Source: an uncultured Planctomycetota bacterium (GTDB lineage: Bacteria; Planctomycetota; Planctomycetia; Isosphaerales; Isosphaeraceae). Taken from it: a stretch of DNA of 64,000 bases. The translations under genes and the position numbers were made by a program. Location of the stretch: the NCBI GenBank assembly GCA_963823665.1, contig CAWGMQ010000010.1, positions 1,728,001 through 1,792,000 on the forward strand, in the 5' to 3' direction. Shown one piece after another: positions 62,165-64,000 of the stretch (the first letter of the stretch is position 1; every line of letters begins with the position of its first letter). Below the pieces are notes generated by a model, which was given only the letters and a program-made list of their open reading frames with translations, searched no databases and had not been told where the DNA came from.

Positions 62165-62793
62165 ATGTTGTCCTCTTCCTGGCTGCGAAACTCGAAAAGC
62201 TCCGCACCCGTGGCGGCCCGGCGCACACCAACATCCCCTCGCCGGCGAACCAGTGTCCGCCCGCGACTGGAAGCGATCGAAGATCGCTGTTTGATGTCGA
62301 CGGCCGTCGTGCAAACCAACCTCGTGTCTGACGACACCCAATTCACTTCGGCCCAGATTCAGGACCCGAACCTGGTCAATCCCTGGGGGCTGGCCGTCGG
62401 TCCAACCGGCGCGTGGTGCGTCGCCAACGAGGGAACGGGCACCAGTACGCTCTACAACACCTCGAAAATCAGCCGTGGGCAGTAGCGATGGCCCCCTCGA
62501 ACTTTGGCAGCTTCAGCCACGATCTGCTGGTCGGCAATTTCGGCGACGGCACGATCAACGCCTTCAATCCCAAGAACGGCCATTTCGCCGGTGAGCTCAA
62601 GAACTCGAGCGGCCAACCGATCGCCATCACGCACCTGTGGGGGCTGGTGTTCGGCAATGGCGGCGCCGCCGGCCCCAAGAACACGCTGTACTTCACGGCC
62701 GGCCTGACCTCGCACCTGGCCCCCAGCGACAACCCTTTCCACGGCCTGTTTGGCTCCCTGCGAATGGCGCGGCACCGGCCAGGCGGGCGCTGA
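62165..62793 (+). pseudogene. TIGR03118-like secreted protein with a LEPR-XLL-like signal and a large internal deletion
   Basis: RPRLEAIEDRCLMS, QTNLVSD, DPNLVNPWGLA and GTSTLY, joined out of frame near 62465 to QPW...LLVGNFGDGTINAF...LWGLVFGNG...LYFTAG...HGLFGSL. Confidence 0.75.
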
Positions 62794-62914
62794 CGGTCAA
62801 CGGGAGCGTGGCCGTCCCCGTGAGAAAGTCGGTGTCAGATCATGAGTTTGAGAAAGGATGAACTGACACCGAGTTGCTGCGATCGGCGCGGATTCCGAAA
62901 AAAAAGCTCTCTGC

Positions 62915-62943
62915 TGGCGCGATTCTGGTCTGGACGGCGCATT
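62915..62943 (+). promoter_or_regulatory. Putative ECF promoter, type B copy 4 (upstream of the second surface protein)
   Basis: A-tract, then TGGCGCG-N16-CGCATT, in otherwise non-homologous context. Confidence 0.65.
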
Positions 62944-63203
62944 AAGGGGTGACGTAAGCGGCCGACCATCGTCTCAGGCCGATCCGCGATACCTAAGCAC
63001 GTTCGATCTCACGAATGGCCGACAGAGGTGATCACCGGACTGTAAGCAAGCTTACTCAGTCGCGCGTTGGCGGTGATCAAGGCCACGGCCGGTCCATTGT
63101 CGGAGCCGGGGACATCGAGAGTGCCGCGCCCGCGTCTCGGGAATCGCACCGCTTCGCATCACACCGTATCGCAGGGCATTTCACTCGAGAGAGGAGACGA
63201 GCC

Positions 63204-64000
63204 ATGGTCAGCCGTCACAGACTTCCAGAGCGGTTCGCGTTCGACTCCCGCGCGGTTCCGCATCGCCGCCTCCGCCGCCGCCCGGTCCTGGAGCTCCTCG
63301 AGGGCCGCGCCCTTCTGGCCACGTTCACGGTCACCAACGCGGGGGATGTGGGGATCGGTTCCAACGACGCGGGCGACTTGCGGTACTGCATCAACGAGGC
63401 CAACGCCGATAACCAGGCAAACACGATCGTCTTCGATTCGACGGCGTTCGCCACGCCCCAGACGATCACGCTGGCCGGCAGCCAGCTCGAGCTGGAAGAC
63501 ACCGGGGGGACGCAGACGATTACCGGGCCGGCGGCGGGTGTGACGATCAGCGGCGGCGGACAGAGCCGGGTGTTCCAGATCGACGGCGGTGTGACCGCCT
63601 CGATCTCCGGCCTGACCATCTCAGGCGGCTCGACCTCGGGCGAAAATGGCGGCGGTCTGGCGAACTACGGCACGGCGACGCTCACCGGCTGCACCTTGAG
63701 CGGCAACTCCGCCGCCCTCACTTACTACAACGGCTACTTCAGCGGCGGCGACGGTGGCGGCGTGGTCAATGGCCAAGCGGCGCCGAACTTCGGGAACGGC
63801 TATGGCGCGGCCAGCTTGACCATGACCGACTGCACCTTGAGCGGCAACTCTGCCGCAGAGGGTGGCGGCGTGTCCAATTCCGCCACGGCCTACCTGGCCT
63901 TGACCGACTGCACCTTGAGCGGCAACTCCGCCGCCGAGGGCGGCGGCGTATCCAGTTCCGCCACGGCCTACCTGGCCTTGACCGCCTGCACCGTGAGCGG
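63204..64000 (+). CDS. Paralog of the giant beta-helix surface protein (runs off the window end)
   Basis: GAGGAG RBS; MVSRHRLPERFAF...RRPVLELLEGRALLATFTVTNAGD...GDLRYCINEANAD. Confidence 0.88.
   Translation, partial: MVSRHRLPERFAFDSRAVPHRRLRRRPVLELLEGRALLATFTVTNAGDVGIGSNDAGDLRYCINEANADNQANTIVFDSTAFATPQTITLAGSQLELEDTGGTQTITGPAAGVTISGGGQSRVFQIDGGVTASISGLTISGGSTSGENGGGLANYGTATLTGCTLSGNSAALTYYNGYFSGGDGGGVVNGQAAPNFGNGYGAASLTMTDCTLSGNSAAEGGGVSNSATAYLALTDCTLSGNSAAEGGGVSSSATAYLALTACTVS

Overview
High-GC window whose gene content points to a Planctomycete, probably Isosphaeraceae-like (inference). Bases 1-20 kb are an accessory mosaic. They hold a flavin-dependent halogenase 5' end, a Y1/RAYT-like transposase that cuts off an FGE-sulfatase gene, two toxin-antitoxin pairs, an SMI1/KNR4 gene, a low-GC two-gene cassette, an orphan kinase-TPR gene, a BlaI-BlaR1 pair with a clear operator, and several enzymes. 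Bases 20-64 kb are one co-oriented signalling island: three ECF sigma factors, eight membrane Ser/Thr kinases with swapped TPR, 48-aa-repeat or WD40 C-termini, two giant beta-helix surface proteins, a di-heme protein and a TIGR03118-like remnant. The main observation is a bipartite motif (TTACGGG/TGGCGCG-type box, N16, CGCAT) found 12 times, in front of nearly every kinase and surface-protein gene. It often travels with a non-coding copy of the ECF gene's 3' tail. The kinases show repeat-number change, repeat homogenisation, mosaic kinase domains and collapsed cassette remnants. Together this looks like an expanding, recombining receptor-kinase repertoire wired to ECF sigmas through a portable promoter cassette (inference). 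Many genes carry 1-bp frameshifts, most likely uncorrected long-read errors, so gene boundaries are reconstructed by eye.
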